In this document: positions 1-9,267 of the stretch, one piece after another
Layout: each line of letters begins with the position of its first letter
Position numbering within the stretch: position 1 is the stretch's first letter
Assembly: GCA_964545475.1 (NCBI GenBank)
Contig: CAZJGG010000003.1
Location: forward strand, 757-64,756
DNA length: 64,000 nt
Direction of reading: 5' to 3'
From: an uncultured Eubacteriales bacterium
GTDB taxonomy: Bacteria; Bacillota; Clostridia; Lachnospirales; JAISER01
Program-made: the position numbers and the translations under genes
Notes under the pieces: model-generated
Database searches by the model: none
What the model was told of the DNA's origin: nothing
Seen by the model: the letters and a program-made list of their open reading frames with translations, nothing else

Positions 1-165
1 CGCTTTGTTAATAAATTTATCTTTAGTATTTTGCGAAGCATCCTCCGCAATTATTATTAATTTGGCTGAATTTGATTGTAAAGCTTTTTCGCAGCTTAAT
101 TCGCCGGACAATATTTTTCCGCTCTTTTGGCAAAGGCTTAAAAGCGATTTAATTTCTCTGTTCAT
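1..165 (-). CDS. ylxQ: L7Ae-family RNA-binding protein (YlxQ-like), N-terminal 55 codons; gene runs off window start
   Basis: Not in the ORF track because it is open at the window edge. Reverse-strand ATG at 165..163 gives MNREIKSLLSLCQKSGKILSGELSCEKALQSNSAKLIIIAEDASQNTKDKFINKA, an L7Ae/YlxQ-like pattern. It sits where ylxQ sits after nusA-ylxR and overlaps the ylxR stop by 17 nt. Confidence 0.6.
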   Translation of the reverse strand, partial: MNREIKSLLSLCQKSGKILSGELSCEKALQSNSAKLIIIAEDASQNTKDKFINKA

Positions 166-433
166 TTGCGCCAATTTCTTCAAGCTCCTTCTTAAAGCCT
201 TCGTAAACGTCTTTCGGCACTGCAGCCTTAAAAGAACGTTCAAGCCCTCTGGATTTAACCGCTTTTGAGAGACAGTCGGCATTAGGGCAAATATATGCGC
301 CGCGCCCAGCCTTTTTGCCTGTTTTGTCTATTAAAAACTCGCCGCTTTCTGTGCGTACGACTCTAATAAGCTCTTTTTTAGGCTTCATTTCCATACAGCC
401 TGTGCATTTTCGCTGCGGTATTTTATTCATCAT
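149..433 (-). CDS. ylxR: YlxR/RnpM (DUF448) RNA-binding protein
   Basis: ORF 149..463 contains QRKCTGC...ELIRVV...GRGAYICPNADC, typical of YlxR. It lies immediately after nusA. Start moved to the internal ATG-ATG that overlaps the nusA stop. Confidence 0.85.
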   Translation of the reverse strand: MMNKIPQRKCTGCMEMKPKKELIRVVRTESGEFLIDKTGKKAGRGAYICPNADCLSKAVKSRGLERSFKAAVPKDVYEGFKKELEEIGANEQRN

Positions 434-1598
434 GATTTTCAGCTTCTTTAAAATCCTCATCATCGCCAGAAACGTTGATTTCTAGGCTTTCTTCTTGGGG
501 CAAGCCTAATTCCATAACGTTTTCTTGCTCTTTATTAACAACCATAAAATCGGATAAATCTTGTGAATGGGATTTGCTCTTAATATCAATTCTCCATCCG
601 GTAAGTTTTGCCGCAAGCCTTGCGTTTTGACCGTCCTTACCGATAGCAAGAGAAAGCTGGTTATCCGGCACAATAACTTTTGCCGTTTGGTTATCAGCGT
701 CTATGGAAACCATTAAAACCTTGCTTGGGTTAAGAGCTTGTGCAATAAAGTTTATAGGGTTTTCATCGTAATTGATAATGTCTATTTTTTCGCCGTTAAG
801 CTCTGCGACAACAACGTTTACTCTAGCACCGTTTTGCCCAACGCAAGCGCCTACAGGGTCAACGTTAGGGTTTTTTGAATAAACAGCAATTTTTGTTCTG
901 CTGCCGGCTTCTCTGGCAATAGACTTGATTTCAACAACCCCGTCGTAAATTTCAGGAACTTCCTGCTCAAAAAGCCTTTTAACAAGCTCTGGGTGGGTTC
1001 TGGAAACGTTAATAACAGGACCTTTTGTTGTTTGTTTAACTTCAACAACATAAATTTTAAGTCTATCGCCGAAGTTATAAGCGTCTGTAGACATTTGCTC
1101 CGATTGGGGTAAAACAGCATCAATTTTTCCCATGGCAACGTAAACGTTTTTATGTTCTTTACGCTGAACAATGCCTGTAACAATGTCGTGTTCCTTGGAA
1201 ATGTATTCGTTGTATAAAATTTCACGTTCGGCTTCTCTAAATTTTTGAACAACAACCTGTTTTGCCGTTTGTGCGGCAATTCTGCCAAAGTTTTTCGGCG
1301 TAACAGCGATGTCTACAATATCTCCGATTTCATACATAGGATTTAAAAATTTAGCTTCTGGCAAAGTTATATGGGTATTTGGGTCAATAACTTCTTCTGC
1401 AACCTCTTTTACGGCATAAACAGCAACATTTCCTGTTTTTCTGTCTATTACAACTTTTACGTTTTGCGACGTACCAAAATTCTTTTTGCAAGCAGAAACA
1501 AGTGATGTTTCTATAGCTTCAAAAATAATTTCCTCGTCAATACCTCTTTCCTTGGATATTTGATTTAATGCTTCGATTAAATCAAGGCCTTTATCCAT
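423..1598 (-). CDS. nusA: transcription termination/antitermination factor NusA
   Basis: 391 aa. The N-terminal domain, S1 and two KH regions are recognisable (GDIV...GRIAAQTAKQVV, DPVGACVG..G.R, LAIGKDGQNARLAAKLTGWRIDI). Flanked by rimP and ylxR. Confidence 0.97.
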   Translation of the reverse strand: MDKGLDLIEALNQISKERGIDEEIIFEAIETSLVSACKKNFGTSQNVKVVIDRKTGNVAVYAVKEVAEEVIDPNTHITLPEAKFLNPMYEIGDIVDIAVTPKNFGRIAAQTAKQVVVQKFREAEREILYNEYISKEHDIVTGIVQRKEHKNVYVAMGKIDAVLPQSEQMSTDAYNFGDRLKIYVVEVKQTTKGPVINVSRTHPELVKRLFEQEVPEIYDGVVEIKSIAREAGSRTKIAVYSKNPNVDPVGACVGQNGARVNVVVAELNGEKIDIINYDENPINFIAQALNPSKVLMVSIDADNQTAKVIVPDNQLSLAIGKDGQNARLAAKLTGWRIDIKSKSHSQDLSDFMVVNKEQENVMELGLPQEESLEINVSGDDEDFKEAENHDE

Positions 1599-1616
1599 TT
1601 TGCTAAAACCTCCTCT

Positions 1617-2081
1617 TTAAAAAAATACGGCAAGCTTGCATGAAGCTGTGTCTTTTTGGTCAAATTCCAAAACGCCGCATTTTTCATCATTAATTTTAAT
1701 AATGCCGTCTTGATAGGATAACAGTTCGCCTTGAAACAGCTTGCAGCCGTTTCTTGCTTTAAAAAGCTTTATGTCAACAATACTTCCTATATGTTTTAAG
1801 AAATGAGCTTCTTTTTTAAGAGCTCTGTCAACCCCGGGGGAACTTACTTCAAGTATATATGGGTGGGAAACAGGGTCTCTTTCGTCCAAAAGCTTGTCTA
1901 TTTTTTTATTAATTACTTCGCAATCGGAAATAGTAACTCCGCTGTCTTTGTCTATATAGGCACGGATATACCATTCTTGCCCCTCTTTAACATACTCTAC
2001 GTCATACAAGCTTAACCCCTCGCTTTGCACAACAGGCTCAAAAATTTCCCACAAAAAAGGAAGCAGATCTTTTTTATTCAT
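1617..2081 (-). CDS. rimP: ribosome maturation factor RimP
   Basis: YLxVxxSSPGxDRxL-type motif (YILEVSSPGVDRALKK). Directly upstream of nusA. Start set to ATG 2081, preceded by GAGAGGTG; the track start 2090 is a GTG inside that RBS. Confidence 0.9.
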   Translation of the reverse strand: MNKKDLLPFLWEIFEPVVQSEGLSLYDVEYVKEGQEWYIRAYIDKDSGVTISDCEVINKKIDKLLDERDPVSHPYILEVSSPGVDRALKKEAHFLKHIGSIVDIKLFKARNGCKLFQGELLSYQDGIIKINDEKCGVLEFDQKDTASCKLAVFF

Positions 2082-2155
2082 TTTAAACACCTCTCATTCG
2101 TACGTATACCCATTTCAACAATTAATTGTTATGAGTATAAATTAGGGCAAGAACA

Positions 2156-2185
2156 GATAAGAGTGGGTTCGCACCCACTCTTATC
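2156..2185. other. perfect 13-bp stem / 4-nt loop hairpin in a divergent intergenic region
   Basis: gataagagtgggt-tcgc-acccactcttatc. No gene ends next to it on either strand and no clear U-tract follows. Confidence 0.5.
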
Positions 2186-2251
2186 GTCATCTAGCATCTA
2201 TTAATCAAAAAGCAGTATAACACAAATAAATTCTTAATGCAACTGTTTTTA

Positions 2252-2280
2252 TTGAAAAACCCAAGAAATAAATGTATAAT
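2252..2280 (+). promoter_or_regulatory. candidate sigma-A promoter for the A2M-like gene
   Basis: TTGAAA - 17 nt - TATAAT, 34 nt upstream of the AGGAGG-ATG at 2314. Confidence 0.5.
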
Positions 2281-2313
2281 GTTATTATTCAAACAAATCA
2301 AGGAGGAAATTAC

Positions 2314-5300
2314 ATGAACAAAAAGAACGCATTTGCTGTTGCCGCTGTTGTGTTAGTTATATCTATAGCTTCAGCGGCATTTTATTTTATGGGCGGAGGC
2401 AAACCGGAAGACAATAAAGTAGCGGATAATAACCTGCCAAAAAGCATACAAAATGTTCCGGAAACACCCGAAAATGCTCAATTTAAAATCGCCCCCTCTG
2501 CAATAGGTGATATTGTTATAACTCCGGCGAGTTTTTCGGAGCTTGGTGTTTCAGTGGATTCCTCCTTTTTAATAAAAGCAAAGGCAGAAATTTCCGAAGA
2601 CGAGATTTTAGCAAGGCTTAGTGTAAAATCCGGAGAATCCTTTAAAATAGAAAAATCTAAATCAAAAGAAGCAGACTACTTGCTCTCTTTTAATGAACCT
2701 CTTGAAAAAGAGAAAATATATAATTTCCAATACTTAGAAGAGGGCAAAGCGCCATTGTCTTTTGCTTTTCAAACAGAAAGCGGTCTTAAAATAATATCAT
2801 CAAACATAGCCCAAGATGCATACGCCGTCCCTGTAGAAAGCGGTATAGAGATTACGTTTAATCAAGAACTTGACCGTGAAAGCGTATTTGAGGAAAATTT
2901 TAGAATAAGCCCGGAAGTGACTGGTAAATTCATAAAAGTAGGCAATACATATAGTTTTATTCCCGATAGATTGCAATATAACGCTGAATATAACATAACT
3001 GTGGCAAAAGGCTTAAAAAGCCTTGAAGGAGACGTTTTAGAAGAGGATTACAGCTTGAAATTTCACACAACATGGGAGTACGATGCAAATGGTAATGTAT
3101 TCGCTATTACAGGGGATATGCGCCAGACATATTTGCCAAGTGAAGACGTTGTTTTTGAAATGAGCGTGGGAAAAGAAATAGCGGCAGCAGGCATTGAAAC
3201 AAAGATTTACAGCATAAAAACTAAAGAGGATTACTTAAACTCTATAGACAAGCCTGTTAACGGAGAATTAGAAGAAATTATTGAAACAGAGCTTATAGAA
3301 AGCGTTCAGGAATATTCTACATCTTATTACTTATCTTTAAATAAGCCGCTGGAAGAAGGATATTATTATATTTCCTTAAAAACGGAGGTGGGAGGGCAAA
3401 CATTTGAAGCCCACAAGCTTGTGCAAGTTTCGCCGCTTTCTGTTTATTGCCTCTCTATAGGTGGAGATATGTTAGTTTGGGTTAACGATACAAAAACTGG
3501 TAAACCGGCAGAAGGAGCAAATGTAATTACGGACAGCATTACGGCTGTTACAGACAGCGAAGGCAAAGCAATTTTGCAAACAAAAAAGGATAATAAAAAT
3601 GCTGTAACGGAAATCAGTTACGGAAGTTATAAAACTTTTATTTACAACAACGTTACATATAGCCAGAAAGAATTAAGTATTAACCAAAAGTATTTTTCTT
3701 ATGTTTATACAGACAGAGCCCAGTATAAGCCTAACGACTCAATTGACGTTTTTGGCGTTATAAAAGAAAGATATTCTCAATATAAAATAACAAAAAATGA
3801 TAAAGTAACTGTAAAACTAGGGGACATTAAAGAAATTCCTGTGGAAGTAGACAACTACGGCACTTTTAATGTAAAAATTCCCGTTAGTAATATGAAGGGA
3901 TTCAGTTATATTTATATATATTTAAACGGTGAAAGGTTAACTGAAACATCGGTTAACTTTATTGAATATCAAAAAAGTAAATATATTTTTGATATTAAAC
4001 TAGACAAACCATTATATATGATTGGGGAAGAGATTGGCTTTACAATTAATGCAACAACTTTTGACGGCACTCCAGTTGGGGGTATTGCCATTAACTGCTC
4101 TGAATATCCAGAAGCAAACTGTGTTACAGATGCAAACGGGACAGCAACAGGAAAGCTGACTGTAAAAGGCGGAAGCTGGTGGGATTGGAAGCCTTATTAT
4201 TCAGGGTTATGGTTTTCAACTGTAAGCGATGACGACAACCCCCAAAGCATTTATACATATTTTTATACTATGCCAAGCGATGTAATGCTTGAACATAAAA
4301 AGCTTTCTGATAACTCTATAGAATTTACTTCAAGCGCAATTGATGTGGAAAAAGCAAATAAGTATCTTGAAAAAGATAATAATAATTTTGACGAAGATGT
4401 TTATAGAGGTAAATCAATTGATATGAGCTTTAGCATTAAAGTTACAAAAACTACAAATATGCTTGTTAAAGTCGGGGAACGGTACGACTTTATAAACAAA
4501 GTAAAAGTTCCGTCTTTTAAATATGATAGTAAGCAAGAGGATTACGGAGTTATAGACGTTAAAACAGTTAACGGAAAAGCTGTAATTACTGATTTGCCGT
4601 CAAGCACAGATCCCCTTGTTTCATATTCTTTTGATCTTAATATGACGGACAAAAAGGGTGGAAATATAAGCTATAGATTATATGAATTTGACATTTACAA
4701 ACCTATGTACAGCGGTAAAAAAGAATATGCCCTTAGTTTTACAAAAAAAGATTCAAATAATGTTTATGATTCTTATGCCAAAATGGAACTTAATGAAACT
4801 GTAGATTTGTTTGTTGAAGACAGAAGCGGCGAAGAAAAACAAGTAACAAACGGCAAACTTTTAGTAGTAAATGTACATAACCAACGGGTTTTAAATTCTC
4901 ATACGGGAAGCCCTCAAAAATTGCCGTTTACGTTTACAAAAGATAATATTAATATGTCTGAAATGTTTGGGGCATATTTCGATGGAAAGTATATATACCC
5001 TCTATATCCCCTTTATATTTATTATGGATACGATGAAAGAAAGCTTGATATAGACATTTCTTTTGATAAAGAAAGCTATAAGCCGGGAGAAGAGGTTGCC
5101 GCAAAAATACAAGTTAAAGACAAAGACGGCAAAAACCGAAAAGCATTGGTTAATTTAAGCGTTGTAGACGAAGCAGTGTTTGGCATGATGGATCACGTGC
5201 CAATGTTTTTAGACGGGTTTTACGGAAGCATAAATTCCTATTCGTATGACTACTTTGTTTATGTATCTTATACTCCACAGATTTACGGCTGGGGAGGGGG

Positions 5301-7236
5301 AGCAGAAAAAGGCGGCGGCGGAGACGAATATATGTTAAGGAAAGACTTTGTTGACAATCCTTATTTTATTTCTTCCGAAACCGATGATAACGGCGCTATA
5401 ACAATTAAGTTCAGGTTGCCGGATAATATTACATCATGGAGGACGGCAGTTCACGCAATAACACAGGATAACTATTTAGGAAATACACATTCACATGCAA
5501 TTTCAACCCTTCCTTATAACATAGATGTTGTTATGGCAGACAACTTTGTTGAAGGAGACGATTTTGCGGTTTTAATAAAATCTTTCGGTAATGAGTTTAA
5601 ATTTAACGATACAGAGGTTAAATATGCTGTAGAAATCTTAAATAAAGATAACAGCATTGTTTACAACGGAGAAAAAACCAGTAAGACCTATGCAGACTTT
5701 AATGCCGGAAAACTCCCTAAAGGGGAATATACCGTAAGAGTTTACGGCGAGGCTGGGGAATTTAAAGATGCTATGGAAAAAACCGTTAATGTATCTGATG
5801 TTAACAACATTTTACCAATAAACGCAACAGCATTAATTTCAGATGAAAACCTTAAGCTTCCAGGTTATGACATAATCGGTTCACCAATAAAAATGGAGTT
5901 TTCAAACGGTGAAATAAGTGATTTTATAAACGTATTAAAAGACTGTATGAACTTTACATCAAACAGAACGGATTACACAGCCGCAACTGCTTTCGGGCAA
6001 GACTTTTTAAAAGGAGTACGGTACTATGGCGGAGATGAAAATCCCTATGAAAGCGTTTATTTAAATGCAAAAGGTTCTATAGATGATGTTTACGGTGTTT
6101 CCGAGCTGGTTTACGGAGAAAAAGAGCCGTTATACACAGCAAGGTTTGCCGCAAGCTTCCCGGAAATTGTAAGCTTTGACAGCATTTTGCGATATATAAA
6201 TGAAGAAACACAAATGTATGGAAGTAATGGTTTAGTTCCAAAAGAGTTTACAGAAAGCAGACAGGAAACTCTTCGTGCCGCAGGTTATTTAGCCCACGCC
6301 GCAGGTCAAAAAAGCGTGCTTTTAGAAATTTATAAGCAAATTGAAATAATAGAAAACGATGGAAACCAGCAAAAATTTACTACAGATTATTATGAGAATT
6401 TACGGGTTATGTTTTATGCAGCGGCTTTATGCGCTTTAGGAGACGACGTTATGGCAAGTTCCCTTATGGAAAAATACGGCAGCCCTAAGCTTAATTTAAG
6501 CGACGTAGATGAGAAAGAAGAGGAACTACGTTACGAATATATTAAAACCATGCAGCTTTTTGTTAATACTACTATTGCGCCGGACAAAGCTTTTGATTAT
6601 CTCATAAACAAAAAGCCAAACAAATTTGTAAGTGATGTTTGCGAAAAAATTAATTTTATTAGGAAGGCGTTCCCGGCTGGCGGTGTAAAATCCGAAATAA
6701 GCATTAGCTTAAACGGCAAAACAGAGAGCATTAAGCTTACAAATTTTGAAACCAGGTTTATAGAAATTTCAAAAGAGCAGTACGAAACTCTTAACATTAA
6801 GCAAATAAGCGGAAAAACTCAAACATGGCTTTCTTTTAACGGAAGCCCAGCAAACTTAGACGAAAGCTTAAAACAAATTAAAATAACAAAAAATATTGAA
6901 AAATCCGACTTTTCGGAAAACATGTATAAAGTTACGTTAACAATAGAACCGCCTGGAAATGAAAAGCTTTATAGTTACACAATAAGGGATAGAGTACCTA
7001 GCAATATGCGCTACACAGGGACAAACAGACCTATGTTTGAAGACGGCAGTTATTATTTCATAGACAACACTGAAAAACAGTTTTTAAACATTGATGTCAG
7101 TGATATGCTAAACAGAAGTACTTACGAAGTAACTTATCACTTAATAAAAGTAAACGATTCAGAAGCAGTTGAGGGTCAGGCCTATGTAAGCGGTTATAAC
7201 TTTAAGACGGATAAAATTTGGGGAGCTACCCAATGA
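2314..7236 (+). CDS. membrane-anchored alpha-2-macroglobulin-family protein with N-terminal Ig-like (Big_5-type) domain, no thioester motif
   Basis: ORF 2272..7236; start moved to ATG 2314 behind AGGAGG. N-terminal single TM segment (AFAVAAVVLVISIASAAFYF). An Ig-like segment is followed by repeated beta-sandwich (MG-like) regions. The A2M-type signature RKDFVDNPYF...DDNGAITIKFRLPDNITSWRTAVHAIT is present. No CxEQ thioester motif was found. Confidence 0.75.
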   Translation: MNKKNAFAVAAVVLVISIASAAFYFMGGGKPEDNKVADNNLPKSIQNVPETPENAQFKIAPSAIGDIVITPASFSELGVSVDSSFLIKAKAEISEDEILARLSVKSGESFKIEKSKSKEADYLLSFNEPLEKEKIYNFQYLEEGKAPLSFAFQTESGLKIISSNIAQDAYAVPVESGIEITFNQELDRESVFEENFRISPEVTGKFIKVGNTYSFIPDRLQYNAEYNITVAKGLKSLEGDVLEEDYSLKFHTTWEYDANGNVFAITGDMRQTYLPSEDVVFEMSVGKEIAAAGIETKIYSIKTKEDYLNSIDKPVNGELEEIIETELIESVQEYSTSYYLSLNKPLEEGYYYISLKTEVGGQTFEAHKLVQVSPLSVYCLSIGGDMLVWVNDTKTGKPAEGANVITDSITAVTDSEGKAILQTKKDNKNAVTEISYGSYKTFIYNNVTYSQKELSINQKYFSYVYTDRAQYKPNDSIDVFGVIKERYSQYKITKNDKVTVKLGDIKEIPVEVDNYGTFNVKIPVSNMKGFSYIYIYLNGERLTETSVNFIEYQKSKYIFDIKLDKPLYMIGEEIGFTINATTFDGTPVGGIAINCSEYPEANCVTDANGTATGKLTVKGGSWWDWKPYYSGLWFSTVSDDDNPQSIYTYFYTMPSDVMLEHKKLSDNSIEFTSSAIDVEKANKYLEKDNNNFDEDVYRGKSIDMSFSIKVTKTTNMLVKVGERYDFINKVKVPSFKYDSKQEDYGVIDVKTVNGKAVITDLPSSTDPLVSYSFDLNMTDKKGGNISYRLYEFDIYKPMYSGKKEYALSFTKKDSNNVYDSYAKMELNETVDLFVEDRSGEEKQVTNGKLLVVNVHNQRVLNSHTGSPQKLPFTFTKDNINMSEMFGAYFDGKYIYPLYPLYIYYGYDERKLDIDISFDKESYKPGEEVAAKIQVKDKDGKNRKALVNLSVVDEAVFGMMDHVPMFLDGFYGSINSYSYDYFVYVSYTPQIYGWGGGAEKGGGGDEYMLRKDFVDNPYFISSETDDNGAITIKFRLPDNITSWRTAVHAITQDNYLGNTHSHAISTLPYNIDVVMADNFVEGDDFAVLIKSFGNEFKFNDTEVKYAVEILNKDNSIVYNGEKTSKTYADFNAGKLPKGEYTVRVYGEAGEFKDAMEKTVNVSDVNNILPINATALISDENLKLPGYDIIGSPIKMEFSNGEISDFINVLKDCMNFTSNRTDYTAATAFGQDFLKGVRYYGGDENPYESVYLNAKGSIDDVYGVSELVYGEKEPLYTARFAASFPEIVSFDSILRYINEETQMYGSNGLVPKEFTESRQETLRAAGYLAHAAGQKSVLLEIYKQIEIIENDGNQQKFTTDYYENLRVMFYAAALCALGDDVMASSLMEKYGSPKLNLSDVDEKEEELRYEYIKTMQLFVNTTIAPDKAFDYLINKKPNKFVSDVCEKINFIRKAFPAGGVKSEISISLNGKTESIKLTNFETRFIEISKEQYETLNIKQISGKTQTWLSFNGSPANLDESLKQIKITKNIEKSDFSENMYKVTLTIEPPGNEKLYSYTIRDRVPSNMRYTGTNRPMFEDGSYYFIDNTEKQFLNIDVSDMLNRSTYEVTYHLIKVNDSEAVEGQAYVSGYNFKTDKIWGATQ

Positions 7237-8084
7237 AAGAAATTTTGACTATAGTTTTATGTTTAATAAGTGTTTTTTCAAGAGTTGACAGTACGGAATA
7301 TGCTGTAAACTCTAAAATGCTTAATATTAAAACCATTACTGGGGCAGAATTTAAAAATTCTGTTCAAAATCCAAGGGAGTATTATTTTAGTGAGAAAGTG
7401 TCAGCAGGGGTTGTGCCACACCATACAACTGCGGCGGAGCTAATTTCAGGCTTTTTTGAAGCTTGCTCCGAAAAAGGCGTCTACGACACAATTATTATAA
7501 TTTCTCCTAACCATGAAGGGGACTTAGCAGGGGTTGTTACGTCTCTTTCTGGTTTTAATACAGGAAGTGGTGTTTATTGCGACACAGACATAATAAACGA
7601 AGTTTGCGAAAATTTTGATAATATTACTTTAAATGATGAAAGAATGGAAGCGGAGCATTCCGCTTCCGTTTTAATGCCTTATGTTAATTATTATTTTCCA
7701 AAAGCAAAGGTTGCGCCGTTTTTAGTTAGCAGAACACTTTCCATGGACGAAACTTTAATATTAGCAGAAACCATTGAAAATGCGGCAAAAAACTCTGAAA
7801 AAAAGGTATTATTATTATGTTCTATAGACTTTTCCCATTTTTTATCCCCGGAAAAGGCTGCTTTAAATGATATAAAAACAAAGGAGGCAATCCTTTCAAA
7901 GGATTACCTCCAAATTCATAACTTTTCAAATAATTTTGTAGACAGCCCCGCCTCCCTAATAATTTTTTTACATTACCTTGAAAGCTTAGGGAAAAGCCTT
8001 ATAATTATTGATAACACGGATTCCTCGTATTTTTTACGTCAGCGCATGATTGAAACTACAACATATTTTGTATTAGCCGGCTAA
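7233..8084 (+). CDS. Memo-like / AmmeMemoRadiSam-system-protein-B-like protein with N-terminal signal/anchor
   Basis: Motifs GVVPHHTTAAELISG, IIIISPNHEG, EHSASV and DFSH line up with the Memo/LigB-fold His ligand pattern. ATG 7233 overlaps the upstream TGA (ATGA) behind GGGAG. N-terminus MKEILTIVLCLISVFS is hydrophobic. Confidence 0.6.
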   Translation: MKEILTIVLCLISVFSRVDSTEYAVNSKMLNIKTITGAEFKNSVQNPREYYFSEKVSAGVVPHHTTAAELISGFFEACSEKGVYDTIIIISPNHEGDLAGVVTSLSGFNTGSGVYCDTDIINEVCENFDNITLNDERMEAEHSASVLMPYVNYYFPKAKVAPFLVSRTLSMDETLILAETIENAAKNSEKKVLLLCSIDFSHFLSPEKAALNDIKTKEAILSKDYLQIHNFSNNFVDSPASLIIFLHYLESLGKSLIIIDNTDSSYFLRQRMIETTTYFVLAG

Positions 8085-8095
8085 ACGGTTTTGTT

Positions 8096-8515
8096 TTATC
8101 TTTTTGGTTTTTTTAGAATGCCCATGTTTATGCCTATTACACCGCCTAAACCCCCGCCGGAAAGTGAAAGAATCAATAATGTAATTGTGCGGGAATCAAC
8201 TTTAAAGCCTTTGTTTACCCAAATGCCGATTGCAGCAAGGAGTACTGCGTAAATTAAACCGGCAATTATGCCCCATAGCCAGCCTCTGCTTTCGGCATAC
8301 TTAGAGGCATCAAAACCTGCAACAACAACGGATATTAACGTTGTTACCGTTACGACAAGCGGCAAGCTTTGCCCGGTAAACGATGAATATGTAATAAGCA
8401 CGGCATATCCAATTAATACAACGGCCGTTATAGCATACGCCACTAATACACCCGAAATTAGTGAATTTAGCTGGGACGGCTTTTCCTCGGTTACTACATT
8501 TGTTACCTGCTTCAT
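8096..8515 (-). CDS. TIGR04086-family (YrzE-like) small integral membrane protein
   Basis: 139 aa with 4 predicted TM helices. The Gly-rich C-terminal helix (LSLSGGGLGGVIGINMG) is typical of this family. Confidence 0.6.
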   Translation of the reverse strand: MKQVTNVVTEEKPSQLNSLISGVLVAYAITAVVLIGYAVLITYSSFTGQSLPLVVTVTTLISVVVAGFDASKYAESRGWLWGIIAGLIYAVLLAAIGIWVNKGFKVDSRTITLLILSLSGGGLGGVIGINMGILKKPKR

Positions 8516-8587
8516 GTAAGAACCTCCATATTATATTTGCTTACTACTATTTTACTATGAGTAAAAGCAAAATATGAATGTTCTGTA

Positions 8588-9031
8588 CTATAAAATATGC
8601 AGTACGCTGTCGCCCTCAGTGTTAATAGTTTTAAGCAAGCTCAACGCTTCTGCCTGATATTCGGTAATTTCATGAAGCTTATTAACAATGGAAGTATAAT
8701 CTGCATTTGAAATCATAATTTTAAAATCTTTATTAGCGTGTATTTTTTCAAGTGCTATAGACAGCTTTGCGCCTTGATTATGAGAAAGGGTAATAAATTT
8801 AGCAAAATATTCAATTTGTTTTTCAGAAAGGCTTTTTTTAATATGCTTCATAAAATCAAGCCTTGCCTGAATTTTTGTATTAATTTTTTCCCTTTCATTA
8901 AGCTCTTTTGTAATTTTTTTTGTATTTTCGCTTAAGTTTTTCATCATTTTATCAATACTTGCCTCTTTGTTTTTAGTCGGCTTATTAATGATCTTGTTAC
9001 TATCAGATTCATAGCTTAATAATGCAGACAT
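8588..9031 (-). CDS. hypothetical protein, Lys/Glu-rich predicted helical
   Basis: 147-aa ORF with GGGGG RBS 6 nt before the ATG. No recognisable motif. Confidence 0.5.
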   Translation of the reverse strand: MSALLSYESDSNKIINKPTKNKEASIDKMMKNLSENTKKITKELNEREKINTKIQARLDFMKHIKKSLSEKQIEYFAKFITLSHNQGAKLSIALEKIHANKDFKIMISNADYTSIVNKLHEITEYQAEALSLLKTINTEGDSVLHIL

Positions 9032-9102
9032 CGAAAGCCCCCGTTTTCTAAAGCTGTTCCATGTTTTACCAGGAAAGCTCTAATTGTTTTTTGCTATATT
9101 TT

Positions 9103-9133
9103 ATTATACGACTTTTTTGTAAAAAAGTCTCAA
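9103..9133 (-). promoter_or_regulatory. candidate promoter for the 8588..9031 gene
   Basis: Minus strand reads TTGAGA - 19 nt - TATAAT. The spacer is the palindrome cttttttacaaaaaag, and 19 nt is long for a spacer. Confidence 0.3.
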
Positions 9134-9180
9134 CCACGCACCTATGCATGTTAATACTAAGGCGTAGTTGTCGGAAAGCA

Positions 9181-9201
9181 GTGCGGACAAAATGTCCGCA
9201 C
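9181..9201 (-). terminator. hairpin downstream of the Met-rich small ORF (possible weak terminator)
   Basis: gtgcggaca-ttt-tgtccgcac, followed on the minus strand by tgctttcc (poor U-tract). Confidence 0.35.
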
Positions 9202-9267
9202 GCCGTCATGACAATATTTATGTTTCACTGTCATCCCGATTATAACACATCGCAATCAAGAAAAATG

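Noticed and set aside
851-1288. 145-aa minus-strand ORF nested inside nusA
   Set aside because: It is an alternative frame fully contained within the well-supported nusA CDS, with no RBS or recognisable motifs.
2272-2313. Track start (MYNVIIQTNQGGNY) for the A2M-like protein
   Set aside because: AGGAGG lies inside this stretch, 4 nt upstream of ATG 2314. That ATG begins a typical Lys-rich/TM anchor. A consensus -10 also overlaps 2275..2280.
5900-6400. Looked for a CxEQ thioester motif in the expected thioester-domain region of the A2M-like protein
   Set aside because: No CGEQ/CLEQ-type motif is present in the translation, so I do not call it a thioester-containing A2M.
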